The notes beneath the pieces are model-generated. The model was not told the DNA's origin. It did no database searches and was given only the letters and a program-made list of their open reading frames with translations. A stretch of 64,000 nucleotides of DNA, from the NCBI GenBank assembly GCA_021793215.1, contig JAJYTE010000009.1:4664-68663 (forward strand), in the 5' to 3' direction. Shown piece by piece: positions 1-8,702 of the stretch (positions within the stretch are counted from its first letter, which is position 1; the number at the start of each line of letters is the position of its first letter). The stretch comes from Bacillota bacterium. GTDB lineage: Bacteria; Bacillota; Sulfobacillia; JAJZYS01; JAJYTV01. Made by a program: the position numbers and the translations under genes.

Positions 1-470
1 CAGCGCTCGCTCTCCTTCGCGCCGTCCGCCCCGGTTTCGATGCGTGTCCAGATCTTCTGGTGCAGGAGCCCCAGCGGCGTACCGTCGATGCGCCCGGCGA
101 GACAGGAGTGCACAAACAGCCCACGGCTGCCTTCGGGGCCGATCGGACCGAGCCCTTGCGTCGCCTCGTGCGTGTTGAGGCTGACACCGCTCGTGTCCTG
201 CGCCGCGAGCACGATGTTCTGCCCCTTCAGGCGTTCCGCCGTTGCCTTGGCGTGGGCTGCGATGATCGCGTTCGATGTCACCTTCGGGTTATCGAAGAAG
301 CGGTAGCCGGCCTTGACCTGGTGCCAATCCCCCAGTGCCACCGGGATCGACTCGCCGGGGTGCTCCGCCAGTGCCGTTACCAGCCTGATCAGCCGCGGCG
401 TCAAACGCTCGTCACCGAATTCTGCGCTGTTACACTCCTGCGCGGCCCAGAGCAGACCTGCCTGTTCCAT
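1..470 (-). CDS. IS4-family Tn5-like transposase, N-terminal part (partial)
   Basis: Hand translation: MEQAGLLWAAQEC..FGDERLTPRL..SIPVALGDWHQVKAGYRFFDNPKV..VLAAQDTS..GLFVHSCLA..GTPLGLLHQKIWTR..KESERW, all Tn5-type N-terminal and first-Asp motifs; missing from the ORF track because it runs off the edge. Confidence 0.9.
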   Translation of the reverse strand, partial: MEQAGLLWAAQECNSAEFGDERLTPRLIRLVTALAEHPGESIPVALGDWHQVKAGYRFFDNPKVTSNAIIAAHAKATAERLKGQNIVLAAQDTSGVSLNTHEATQGLGPIGPEGSRGLFVHSCLAGRIDGTPLGLLHQKIWTRIETGADGAKESER

Positions 471-569
471 CGTGGCCCCCTGGGCGACTGTCCTATAGAA
501 CCACTTCGGCAATAGGATTGGCATATCCTCCCACTAGCATTTTCTTAATTCTCTTGCTATTACCAGAAA

Positions 570-588
570 ACTTGTGGGTAAAGGTTAG
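570..588 (-). repeat. IS50-like terminal inverted repeat (left end)
   Basis: ACTTGTGGGTAAAGGTTAG on + strand; lies 100 bp upstream of the transposase start and marks the change from AT-rich to coding-like DNA. Confidence 0.75.
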
Positions 589-923
589 GGGCGGGCACCC
601 TGACGGTTGGGACGTGGCACGAGCTTGAGGTGCAGCAAGTATCGGGCGATACCTGGGCGACCTACATTGATGAGGCCGAGGTGAGCCCAACCTTCACCAT
701 GAACGCTAGCTACAACCAATCGGCCGCGACTGGTCTGGAGTACTACAACAGCGACACCATCACGCTCACGGGAAACGCGTACTTTTCGTACAATGAGGTA
801 CGACAACCGTCGACCAGTTCGTGGGAGTACTGGCCAAGTGGCACGAAAGTGATCACGTGGCCCGGTGTCTTCGACTGGTACTGGAGTCAAGACTACATTC
901 ACGGATACGACTACAGGGGGTGA
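589..923 (+). pseudogene. 3' remnant of a probable secreted protein gene, interrupted by the IS
   Basis: Frame is open from the IS end (AGTLTVGTWHELEVQQVSGDTWATYID...) with no RBS/start; rich in Ser/Thr/Tyr/Trp like an extracellular beta-protein. Confidence 0.6.
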
Positions 924-929
924 CCCGGC

Positions 930-1472
930 ATGAAGTTCGGAAGAAGCGGTACCCTGTCGAAGCGAACCGCGATCCTCACGGTCGTGGCGGCAGCTGTGGT
1001 GGTCGTAGCCTTGGGCGTCGGCATCCTGGTCAGGAGCGCTCAGCCGGCGTCGGCTGGTAATCTGTACCCAGGCGCCCCAGCCCCCACTCCGCCGACGCAT
1101 TCAATCCCCAGTTCGCAGCAGTTGCATTACGTGTCTGGACCGTTCATCTCCAAAGCCAAGGCCGAGTCAGTTGCACTCGGCATTGACGCTGGGGGGGCAA
1201 CGGGACCGACGCCTCAAGTGTTCGAGGCCAAGATGGAAAGCGTCGCTGCGGCGAGTGCGGAGCTCGGAGCGAGAGTGGCTGCGATGAACGTGGGTTCCGA
1301 CCGCATGGTATGGGTCGTGGGCATCAAGGGAACCTACCGGACCCCTTGCCCTCCGGTCGGCGCGTGCCCGCCTCCGACCAACGGAGAGTACAACGTTGTC
1401 ATCGACGCGACTACCGGGCTGATACTCTCCTCCGGCCTCTTCAATGCGCCGATCACAGGCGGGAACAACTGA
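930..1472 (+). CDS. Membrane-anchored/secreted protein with a PepSY-like C-terminus
   Basis: Basic N-terminus plus hydrophobic helix; C-terminal VWVV...YNVVIDATTGLIL. Confidence 0.65.
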   Translation: MKFGRSGTLSKRTAILTVVAAAVVVVALGVGILVRSAQPASAGNLYPGAPAPTPPTHSIPSSQQLHYVSGPFISKAKAESVALGIDAGGATGPTPQVFEAKMESVAAASAELGARVAAMNVGSDRMVWVVGIKGTYRTPCPPVGACPPPTNGEYNVVIDATTGLILSSGLFNAPITGGNN

Positions 1473-1536
1473 ACTTCCAAGGGGCATGGTATTCTGTGCC
1501 GATCCTGTGAGTGCCCGCGGAACGGGGGACAGACAG

Positions 1537-1575
1537 ACAAGAGCGCCTGCCGTGGAGAGCGGCAGGCGCTCTTGT
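1537..1575 (+). terminator. Perfect 16-bp hairpin after the 930-1472 gene
   Basis: ACAAGAGCGCCTGCCG / TGGAGAG / CGGCAGGCGCTCTTGT; no long U-tract. Confidence 0.55.
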
Positions 1576-1828
1576 GCACGAGGGGTGACACAGTGCTCTG
1601 TCTATGCAAAAGCGCGCCGTGAAGGGATTTCGCACGATGAGGCCATCCCGCCGCATGCAGATCCGCGACGCCCACTTCATCGAGCAGATGAGGTGGGCGG
1701 CCCACGACATTCCAGTTTATGGGATCGGAGAGGCGAAAAGTGGCGAGTTCGCAAGGATTGCCGTCTCGATCGAAACTTCTAGATGCTAGGGTTTCTTGGC
1801 GCAACAGACTGGCAAATACACAACTTCT

Positions 1829-1866
1829 CTCGTGGTGACGGCTCGTGGTGACGCGGCCCGTCACCA
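1829..1866. repeat. Tandem 12-bp direct repeat plus an inverted partial copy (integrase arm-site-like)
   Basis: CTCGTGGTGACG at 1829-1840 and 1842-1853; CGTCACCA at 1859-1866; about 80 bp from the tRNA 3' end. Confidence 0.45.
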
Positions 1867-1898
1867 ATCCTGCTACGGGTTCCTCTATCGACTTACCA

Positions 1899-1935
1899 AA
1901 ACGTGAAACCCGCTCCCGGAACGGGTTTCACGTTT
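1899..1935 (-). terminator. Intrinsic terminator downstream of tRNA-Arg
   Basis: 14-bp stem AAACGTGAAACCCG/CGGGTTTCACGTTT with T-rich 3' side on the minus strand. Confidence 0.75.
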
Positions 1936-1942
1936 CAAGTTT

Positions 1943-2018
1943 TGGCGCGCCCGGCAGGATTCGAACCTGCGGCCTCTTGCTCCGGAGGCAAGCGCTCTAT
2001 CCACTGAGCTACGGGCGC
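1943..2018 (-). tRNA. tRNA-Arg(CCG)
   Basis: GCGCCCGTAGCTCAGTGGATAGAGCGCTTGCCTCCGGAGCAAGAGGCCGCAGGTTCGAATCCTGCCGGGCGCGCCA: 76 nt cloverleaf, anticodon CCG, encoded CCA. Confidence 0.97.
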
Positions 2019-2259
2019 AAAACGCTACATCAATGTACCATCCGGCCGCGGGAAAGGCAAACTGCTGGCTCGTTGGCAGCACGAACAAGTTCGGAGACAG
2101 ACCCGATCGCGGTTCGGACCGCACAGCAGCGAAGCGTCGACGGCAGGAGTAGGCGACTGCCGGAGGCGAAATGCTCAGCGAAGGCGATGTTCGTCCACGA
2201 AGCCCCATCGCGACGGCGAAGGGGCATTGCGGGCGCTGCGCACGCGAGGAGGAAATGGA

Positions 2260-2688
2260 TTGGATTTGCTCTGGCAGGTTGCCCGCCGGGTCATTCTCTT
2301 TGGTCTTTCACTGGTTTGGCTGATTGCCGCAGTCGCCAAGCTGCATGCGTCCGCCACCTTCTCCTCACAGACTGCGGCGCTCGGACTTCCATCGTGGTTG
2401 CCGATGGGGGCACTGCCGTACGCCGAGATCGCGCTGTTCCTCGTCACAGCGGCCGCCGGCCTCTTCGCGTGGCGCACGCGCCCTATGGCCATCCTGAACG
2501 GCGCGATCTACATCGCGTTCATCGCCTTTCTCGCATGGGAGAAGATCCACAACCTCGGAGCGCTCGGCTGCGGATGCTTCGGCGAGATCCAGCGCGGCAT
2601 CACCGCAGGCGACTTCATCCGCGACGGCGCGCTCGCGATCGTCTCGTTCGCGGTCGCCTACGGGCGCAGTGTGGTCAAGAGTGCTTAG
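2260..2688 (+). CDS. MauE/DoxX-family membrane protein
   Basis: Four TM helices, AAVAKL, LPYAEIAL and GCGCFG motifs; TTG start after GGAGG. Confidence 0.8.
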   Translation: MDLLWQVARRVILFGLSLVWLIAAVAKLHASATFSSQTAALGLPSWLPMGALPYAEIALFLVTAAAGLFAWRTRPMAILNGAIYIAFIAFLAWEKIHNLGALGCGCFGEIQRGITAGDFIRDGALAIVSFAVAYGRSVVKSA

Positions 2689-3346
2689 GGCGCTCCTGAT
2701 CGACTTCGATGGGACGATCCTCGACACCGAGGACGCGGAGTACCGTACCTGGCAGGAGGTCTACGAGCGCTACGGCCAGGTGCTGGATCTTGAGACATGG
2801 GCCACGGTCGTCGGCACATCGGGCGGCAGCTTCGATCCTGTGGCACACCTCGAGCACTTGACCGACAGGGCGCTGCCGCACCGCGACATCCGGCGGCGCC
2901 GTCGCGAGCGCGATCTTGCGCTGACGGGCGCCATGGACGCGCGGCCCGGCGTTCGCAGCCTCGTTGCGCAGGCGCAGGGTGAGGGCATCGCGCTCGCGAT
3001 CGCATCGAGCTCGCGCCACGAGTGGATCGAGGGTCACTTGCGTCGCCTGGGTCTCCTGAAGGCGTTCCAGGTGATCTCCTGCTCGGACGACACCGGGCGC
3101 GGCAAGCCGGACCCCGCGGTCTACCTGCTCGCGCTGCAGCGCCTGGGCATCCGTGCAGCGGAGGCGGTCGCGATCGAGGATTCTCCGAACGGGGCCCTGG
3201 CGGCGTCGCGTGCGGGCGTCGCCTGCCTGGTCGTACCAAACGCCGTCACGGCGAACTTCGAGTTCCCGCCGGTCCGGGCGATGCGTCAGAGCCTCGAAGG
3301 AGTGACGCTCGCCGAGATCGTGGCCCTGCTCGCCGCCGACGCGTAG
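2681..3346 (+). CDS. HAD-superfamily hydrolase (beta-PGM/CbbY-like)
   Basis: DFDGTILDTE, SSS, GKPDP and IEDSPNG motifs. Confidence 0.92.
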   Translation: MLRALLIDFDGTILDTEDAEYRTWQEVYERYGQVLDLETWATVVGTSGGSFDPVAHLEHLTDRALPHRDIRRRRRERDLALTGAMDARPGVRSLVAQAQGEGIALAIASSSRHEWIEGHLRRLGLLKAFQVISCSDDTGRGKPDPAVYLLALQRLGIRAAEAVAIEDSPNGALAASRAGVACLVVPNAVTANFEFPPVRAMRQSLEGVTLAEIVALLAADA

Positions 3347-3356
3347 AAGCACGCGC

Positions 3357-3383
3357 GACGGCCGCCTCGCCGAGGCGGCCGTC
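3357..3383. terminator. GC hairpin between convergent genes
   Basis: GACGGCCGCCTCG-C-CGAGGCGGCCGTC. Confidence 0.55.
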
Positions 3384-3389
3384 GGTGCG

Positions 3390-3737
3390 TCAGTAGCGTT
3401 CCTCGTCCTCGTCCTTGCCCCAACGCGCCTTCTTCCCGCGTTCGCGCGCAGTGTAGATGCGCTCCTCGGAGTACGTGGCGGACGCCTCCTGGACCTCTGC
3501 GGCCGGGATGGACAGGTGCACTGCGCTGCGGGTGATCAGTGCGATGACGTGCCGCGGCAGCATGCGCTGCCCGAGCAGCCCGTGACGGTAGCCGATGCCG
3601 TCGAACACGTCCTCCTCGAGGTCGCCCAGAACGTGCGCCACGTGGCCGATCGTCTGGCCGTCGCTCGACTGGATCGGGGTGCCGGCTTGGAGCGCCATGT
3701 AGGAGATCTCGTCGTCCGGTCCTTCCACGAACGCCAT
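3390..3737 (-). CDS. Hypothetical protein, PRC-barrel-like
   Basis: GTPIQSSDGQTIGHVAHVLGD..FDGI pattern; strong AAGGAGG RBS. Confidence 0.6.
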   Translation of the reverse strand: MAFVEGPDDEISYMALQAGTPIQSSDGQTIGHVAHVLGDLEEDVFDGIGYRHGLLGQRMLPRHVIALITRSAVHLSIPAAEVQEASATYSEERIYTARERGKKARWGKDEDEERY

Positions 3738-3813
3738 CGCGCCGCCTCCTCCTTGTGTTTAGAGTAGTTCGCCGCCGCCGGTGGCTCCTCCTTGCGGACC
3801 GGAGATAGCCGGT

Positions 3814-4992
3814 CTAGGTGGTGGACTGCCTGGCGGCGTGTTCGGGTGCGGCCGGAGTGTGGAGCCTGCGCGCGAGCACCAGGGGAAGTGCGGAGAGGGC
3901 CGAGAGCAGAAGCGGCAGAATGGGCAGCACGCCGAGTGAGAAGTGTGCGATCAGGAGGCCGGAGAGGGGGCCTCCGATCGACGACGCGAGTCCCTCGGCC
4001 GCGTCCAGCACACCCATCGCGGATCCGCTTCGACCGGGCATGGCCTCCGCCACCCCGATCGTCGCGGCCGTGCGGAAGAAGCTGAACGCTGGGATGGAGA
4101 AGACGATCGCAGCCATTGGCACGCTCGGGAAGATGGCCAGAAGACCGTAGCTGGCCGTGTAGACGCCCGAGGTACCAAGCAGCACGCGGCCCGCCCCGTG
4201 GCGATGCGTCGTGCCGGCGGCCAGCCCGTAGAGGGCGAGGCCGAGCGCGGTCGTCGCCACGAGCGAGGCGCTGTAGAGCCAGAACGGACCACCGAGGAAG
4301 CGCGTGAGGTAGACGCCGTAGAAGGCGTAGAACGTCTCGCCGAGCAGAAACTGCAGGAACGTGCCGAGGAAGAGCAGCCAGATGTGCGTAGGCAGGCGCA
4401 GGCGCGGCGCAGCAGAGGTCTGCACGAGGGCGAAATCCGGCGCGCCGGCAGCCGCGGCGCGGGAGAAGAGGAGCGCGCAGAGCGAGGAGGCGATCGCCGT
4501 GAAGCCGAGCAGGCGGAAGACGTCTGAGCCGAGCGCCGTGAAGAGGGACGGCAACGCCGCGCCGACGAGCCAGCCCGCCGCCTCGGCCCGCAGGGCGAGG
4601 GCCAGGGTGCGGTGGCCATCGGCGGCGCGCAGCGCCTGCCACTTCGCCGCGGGCGAGAGGCCAGCCCCGAACATACCGCCGATCGCGAGCGAGAGCAGGA
4701 TGCCGAGGGGGTTCGCGAAAAGGGCTGTTCCGCCTTCCATCGCCGCGTAGCCCAGGAAACCGATGGCTGCAAAGAGGCCCGGCAACTCGACGCGGTCGAG
4801 CAGGCGGCCCCAAACCGGCGCGAAGAGGAGCTGCATGAAGAACGGGATGCCGTAGATGAAGCCGAGCACGACGTAGTTGCGGTCGCCCATGTTCGCGAGC
4901 TGCAGCGGGATGAAGCTGACGATGAGGATCTGGCCGAAGGCGCGCAGGAAGAGGGCGGCCGGCGCGAGCCGGCCGAAGGTTCTCAAGCCCAT
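3814..4992 (-). CDS. MFS transporter
   Basis: About 12 TM helices; WGRLLDRV motif A-like; start taken at MGLRTF after a GAAGGAG RBS. Confidence 0.85.
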   Translation of the reverse strand: MGLRTFGRLAPAALFLRAFGQILIVSFIPLQLANMGDRNYVVLGFIYGIPFFMQLLFAPVWGRLLDRVELPGLFAAIGFLGYAAMEGGTALFANPLGILLSLAIGGMFGAGLSPAAKWQALRAADGHRTLALALRAEAAGWLVGAALPSLFTALGSDVFRLLGFTAIASSLCALLFSRAAAAGAPDFALVQTSAAPRLRLPTHIWLLFLGTFLQFLLGETFYAFYGVYLTRFLGGPFWLYSASLVATTALGLALYGLAAGTTHRHGAGRVLLGTSGVYTASYGLLAIFPSVPMAAIVFSIPAFSFFRTAATIGVAEAMPGRSGSAMGVLDAAEGLASSIGGPLSGLLIAHFSLGVLPILPLLLSALSALPLVLARRLHTPAAPEHAARQSTT

Positions 4993-5124
4993 GATCGCTC
5001 CTTCGCCGGGTAGTCGGGCAGTGCGCTGGCGCCGGTCCGGGGCCAGATCCGGAGCGGGGGCGAACAGGCGCTGAGCACAGTCTGCACCGTGCCGTACCAA
5101 GGGGCAATCGTGAGAGGAGAAGCA

Positions 5125-5586
5125 TCAGAGGGAGCGCAGGCGCCGGTCCTTGGATTCCAGGGCATCGGCGAGGGGACCGAGCGCTTCAATCACCAGTTGG
5201 CGGGTGGGTGAGGGGATTCTCGCCAGCAGGCGCTCGATCTGCTCCTGCAAGGAGACGCGCAGGTGGGCAGCTCTGCGGCGACCGGCAGCCGTGAGGCGTA
5301 CGCGGACGCGGCGGCGATCATCGGGATCGGGTTCGCGATCGAGGAGACCCTCGAGGCGCATGCGCTCGACGACCTGGCTGACCCAGGGAGGATCGGCGCC
5401 TACGCGCAGCGCGAGGGCGGAGATCGAGAGCCCGCGGGCCGGCAGGAGGGCCGCCAGGATCCTGCAGCTCGTCTCGCTCGCCGCTCCGAAGTCTGAAAAC
5501 GCGCTCTTCTCAAGCCGTTCGAACGCTTGTGCCACTCTCCCGAGGTCCCGAAGCGCATCCGGCGACTGTGCCATGAGCATCTCCAC
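5125..5586 (-). CDS. MarR-family regulator
   Basis: wHTH with DPDDRRRVRVRLTAAG; directly upstream of the MFS gene. Confidence 0.9.
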   Translation of the reverse strand: MEMLMAQSPDALRDLGRVAQAFERLEKSAFSDFGAASETSCRILAALLPARGLSISALALRVGADPPWVSQVVERMRLEGLLDREPDPDDRRRVRVRLTAAGRRRAAHLRVSLQEQIERLLARIPSPTRQLVIEALGPLADALESKDRRLRSL

Positions 5587-5707
5587 AACATAATGTGTTA
5601 GTGAAACTATATGCCTAGAGCATCATGGCAGCAAGTAGTGCGACTTGGGCTTGAAAAGGGCTGCGTTGGGGCGATCCTGGCGCAAACGTCGTGGGAGCTG
5701 TGGTTGC

Positions 5708-6019
5708 GTGGAGGACGAGCTCGTCTACGCCGGGGTGCAGGTGGATGGTGCGCTGCGCTGGTGGCGTTACAGTCGGGGCCAGTTCGGGGAGATCGCGCCG
5801 CAGCCCGTCGCTGAACCGGACTGCGTTGCGCGCGCTGTGCTCTCGGATTTCGCGGTGCATGCGCCGGACTGGCTTCAGACGGAGGATGCGGCGACACTGG
5901 CGAGGGACTTCGCGGTGCAGTTCTTCTCCGAGGGCTTCCAGGGGCAGGCGATCTTCGTCGAGGGCCACCGCATTCGCACGTGGATCGCGTTCCTGCGCCT
6001 TTGCGGGCGAGCACGCTGA
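5708..6019 (+). CDS. Hypothetical protein (weak DUF6166-like C-terminus)
   Basis: ARAVLSDF..ATLARDFAVQF..IRTW; family call is tentative. Confidence 0.45.
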   Translation: MEDELVYAGVQVDGALRWWRYSRGQFGEIAPQPVAEPDCVARAVLSDFAVHAPDWLQTEDAATLARDFAVQFFSEGFQGQAIFVEGHRIRTWIAFLRLCGRAR

Positions 6020-6112
6020 CGATCGACGTCAAAGCGCGGCGTGCCAAGGCGCCATGTCTGCATGGCTGCCCGCCTTCGTCGTGTTTCGGTCTGAAAGCGG
6101 CCAGAGCGCGCC

Positions 6113-6140
6113 TTTACTTGTGCCCGGCAGGTGCTATAGT
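6113..6140 (+). promoter_or_regulatory. Sigma-A-type promoter for the riboswitch/kdp transcript
   Basis: TTTACT (6113-6118), 16 bp, TATAGT (6135-6140) with TG extension; lies just 5' of the aptamer. Confidence 0.6.
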
Positions 6141-6151
6141 TGCGCTTGTAT

Positions 6152-6262
6152 CTGGCTGAACCCGGGATCCACCCGGGGCGGGGGAACCGAATGTTGGGGC
6201 GAAGCCGCACCTGCGGCCGGGTGATCTCCCTACCGAGCCCGTCAGCTAACCTCGCAAGCCGA
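6152..6262 (+). ncRNA. c-di-AMP (ydaO/yuaA) riboswitch
   Basis: GCTGAACCC..GGGGGAACC..TTGGGGCGAA..CCGAGCCCGTCAGCTAACCTCGCAAGC matches the family consensus; upstream of K+ transport genes. Confidence 0.92.
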
Positions 6263-6280
6263 AGGGGGGAGGGTTGCAGG

Positions 6281-6697
6281 GTGCCTTCTGAGCCTGGAAC
6301 CGTCCTGGGACGGAAGGGACTCATCGAGAGCGCGATCACCAGTGCCATGGTCCACTACCAGGCGGAACTGATCGGCCACGGGCCGACCGAAGCCAGGACA
6401 TACATTCTCGAGGACATGGTGATCGTTCGCTTCAAGGGGAGCCTGTCGCGGGTGGAGCAGGGACTCGCGCAGCAGTCGGAGGGGCGCAAGCTCATCAAGG
6501 AGATGCGCGTCGTCCTTCGGGAAGGCTGCAGCGAAGAACTACAGGCAATTGTGGCGCAGGAAACGGGATGCCACGTGGTGTCGAGCCACTCGGACATCTC
6601 GACGCGAACGGGGGAGCGGATCGAGATCTACATCCTCGACCGCAACTTCGAGCGCATGGTGCGACGCAGGGACGATCAGCCGGAGGGTAGCCGCTAA
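6281..6697 (+). CDS. DUF2294 (MpsC-like) protein
   Basis: IGHGPTEARTYILEDMVIVRFKGSLSRVEQ..EGRKLIKEMR..VVSSHSDISTRTGERIEIYILD. Confidence 0.88.
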   Translation: MPSEPGTVLGRKGLIESAITSAMVHYQAELIGHGPTEARTYILEDMVIVRFKGSLSRVEQGLAQQSEGRKLIKEMRVVLREGCSEELQAIVAQETGCHVVSSHSDISTRTGERIEIYILDRNFERMVRRRDDQPEGSR

Positions 6698-6716
6698 GCG
6701 GAGACCAGTCGGAGAT

Positions 6717-6761
6717 GGTGCCGGCGTCGGGGTGCAGGAGCACCCTGGCGTCGGCACCTTT
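6717..6761 (+). terminator. 19-bp RNA hairpin (three G-U pairs) followed by TTT, between DUF2294 and the kdp genes
   Basis: GGTGCCGGCGTCGGGGTGC/AGGA/GCACCCTGGCGTCGGCACC then TTT. Confidence 0.55.
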
Positions 6762-6813
6762 GCATATCAGCCGTGGAACTGACGAACCTCAAAAGAGTGC
6801 TTGGAAGGTGGCG

Positions 6814-6909
6814 GTGAGGTTGGGCAACGTGATCGGCCTCCTTGGGACAGTGATCTTCTTTGGAGTGCTCCTGGCCGTCGTACACCGCGGAGGGGGCGAG
6901 TCCCGATGA
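6814..6909 (+). CDS. Small hydrophobic peptide upstream of kdpF (KdpZ/Y-like)
   Basis: MRLGNVIGLLGTVIFFGVLLAVVHRGGGESR; its stop overlaps the kdpF ATG (ATGA). Confidence 0.55.
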   Translation: MRLGNVIGLLGTVIFFGVLLAVVHRGGGESR

Positions 6910-6983
6910 TTGTGATGTTGGTCCTGTCGCTCGTCCTGATGGGCTACCTTGCGTACGCCATGGTGCGTCCGGATCGGTTCTGA
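6906..6983 (+). CDS. kdpF: K+-transporting ATPase subunit F
   Basis: MIVMLVLSLVLMGYLAYAMVRPDRF, with the YLxYAxxxP(E/D)RF motif. Confidence 0.9.
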   Translation: MIVMLVLSLVLMGYLAYAMVRPDRF

Positions 6984-7002
6984 CCGGAAAGGAAGAGAAG
7001 CA

Positions 7003-8700
7003 ATGACCTTCACCGGACTCCTGGGCGACGCCCTGTTCCTCGTTGTGTTGACGGCGGTGGCGGTACCGCTCGGACGGTACATGTACCGCGTGATGGAAGG
7101 TGAGAGGACGTTCCTCGACCGAATCTTCGATCCGGTGGAGCGAGCGATATTCCGCATCTCGGGGATAGACGCGCAAAAGGGCATGGACTGGCGCAAGTAC
7201 GTGATTGCGTTCCTGCTCTCGAACCTTGTGATGGCGGTCCTCGTCTACCTGATCCTCGTCTTCCAGACGTCCTTGCCGCTCAATCCTGCGAAGCTCGGGC
7301 CGATCACACCGACGACCATCTTCAACACCGTCGCGAGTTTCATCGCGAACTGCAACTGGCAGGTCTACGCTGGCGAGACGACCCTGAGCAATTTCAGCCA
7401 ATGGGCGCTCCAGTACCTGCAGTTCACTTCTCCCGCCTCCGGCATGATCGTGGCTGTCGCGTTCGCCCGCGGCTTCGTCGCCAACCGTCCGGACCTCGGC
7501 AACTTCTACCGTGACTTCGTGCGCTCCTTGACGCGGATCTTCCTGCCCATCGCCTTCGTCGCCGCCGTCGTGCTCGTCGCCCTCGGCGTGCCGGACACTC
7601 TCGGTGGACCTGTGGTCGCACACACCCTCTCCGGGCTCACCCAGGTAATCTCGCGCGGGCCGGTCGCAGCCTTCGAGGCGATCAAACAGCTCGGGACGAA
7701 CGGCGGCGGATTCTTCAACGCGAACTCCGCCCATCCGTTCGAGAACCCGGGCCCCTGGACGAACCTGATTGAGGAGTTCCTGATGGCACTCCTGCCGACG
7801 TCGCTCGTCTTTACCTTCGGCCACTACATCAAGAACATCAAGCAGGCATGGGTGCTCTACGGCGTGACGATGTTCCTGTTGGTCGGGTTGCTCGTACTCG
7901 TGTACAGCGCAGAGGCGAGCGGAAACCCGCTGCTGCGCCACGTGCTCGGCGTGGCCGGACCGAACTGGGAGGGCAAGGAGACGCGGTTCGGAATAGCCGG
8001 CTCCAGTCTCTTCACGTCGCTGACGACCGCCTACACGACCGGCGCGGTGAACAACATGCATGACAGTTTGACGCCCCTCGGCGGTCTCGTTCCGCTCTTC
8101 CAGATGATGCTGAACTCGGTCTTCGGCGGCAAAGGCGCGGGTCTGCTCAACATGCTGATGTTCGTGATCATCAGCGTCTTCGTGACGGGCTTGATGGTCG
8201 GGCGGACGCCAGAGCTCTTCGGCAAGAAGATCGAGGCGAAGGAAGTCATCGCGGCGTCGGTCGCCTTCCTCATCCACCCGCTGATCATCCTCTGGCCGAC
8301 GGCCATCGCTCTATCCACCGCCGCAGGGAAGGCGGGCATCCTGAACCCCGGCTTCCACGGCCTCAGCGAGGTCGTCTACGCCTACGCCTCGTCGGCCGCG
8401 AACAACGGCAGCGCCTTCGCCGGGCTCGCCGCGTCCTCGCCCTTCTACGCGATCTCCACCGGCATCGTGATCCTGCTCGGGCGCTATCTCTCGATGATCC
8501 TGATGCTCTACATCGCGGGATCGCTACTTAAGAAGAAGACGGTGCCCGTTTCGCCAGGCACCCTGCGCACCGACACGTGGACGTTCGGGACTGTATTCCT
8601 TGGGGTCGAGCTGATCATGGGAGCTCTGACCTTCTTCCCGGTGGTTGCGCTCGGTCCGATTGCGGAACAGTTGGCCATGTTGGCCGGAAAGGTGTTCTAG
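7003..8700 (+). CDS. kdpA: K+-transporting ATPase subunit A
   Basis: [40 protein letters not shown]. Confidence 0.97.
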   Translation: MTFTGLLGDALFLVVLTAVAVPLGRYMYRVMEGERTFLDRIFDPVERAIFRISGIDAQKGMDWRKYVIAFLLSNLVMAVLVYLILVFQTSLPLNPAKLGPITPTTIFNTVASFIANCNWQVYAGETTLSNFSQWALQYLQFTSPASGMIVAVAFARGFVANRPDLGNFYRDFVRSLTRIFLPIAFVAAVVLVALGVPDTLGGPVVAHTLSGLTQVISRGPVAAFEAIKQLGTNGGGFFNANSAHPFENPGPWTNLIEEFLMALLPTSLVFTFGHYIKNIKQAWVLYGVTMFLLVGLLVLVYSAEASGNPLLRHVLGVAGPNWEGKETRFGIAGSSLFTSLTTAYTTGAVNNMHDSLTPLGGLVPLFQMMLNSVFGGKGAGLLNMLMFVIISVFVTGLMVGRTPELFGKKIEAKEVIAASVAFLIHPLIILWPTAIALSTAAGKAGILNPGFHGLSEVVYAYASSAANNGSAFAGLAASSPFYAISTGIVILLGRYLSMILMLYIAGSLLKKKTVPVSPGTLRTDTWTFGTVFLGVELIMGALTFFPVVALGPIAEQLAMLAGKVF

Positions 8701-8702
8701 CC

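Larger units (their letters stand above)
1..588 (-). mobile_element. IS4-family (IS50/Tn5-like) insertion sequence, left part; continues beyond window start
   Basis: Transposase reading frame on the minus strand plus a 19-bp end at 570-588 (minus strand CTAACCTTTACCCACAAGT), matching the IS50 outside end CTGACTCTTATACACAAGT at 14/19 positions. Confidence 0.85.

Noticed and set aside
40-515. Plus-strand ORFs 40-306, 60-515 and 313-498
   Set aside because: Antisense to the transposase
1576-1828. ORFs 1604-1789 (+) and 1334-1867 (-)
   Set aside because: No RBS or recognisable motifs; probably decayed island DNA
6140-6280. N-terminal extension of the DUF2294 ORF
   Set aside because: Overlaps the promoter and riboswitch; the RBS supports GTG at 6281
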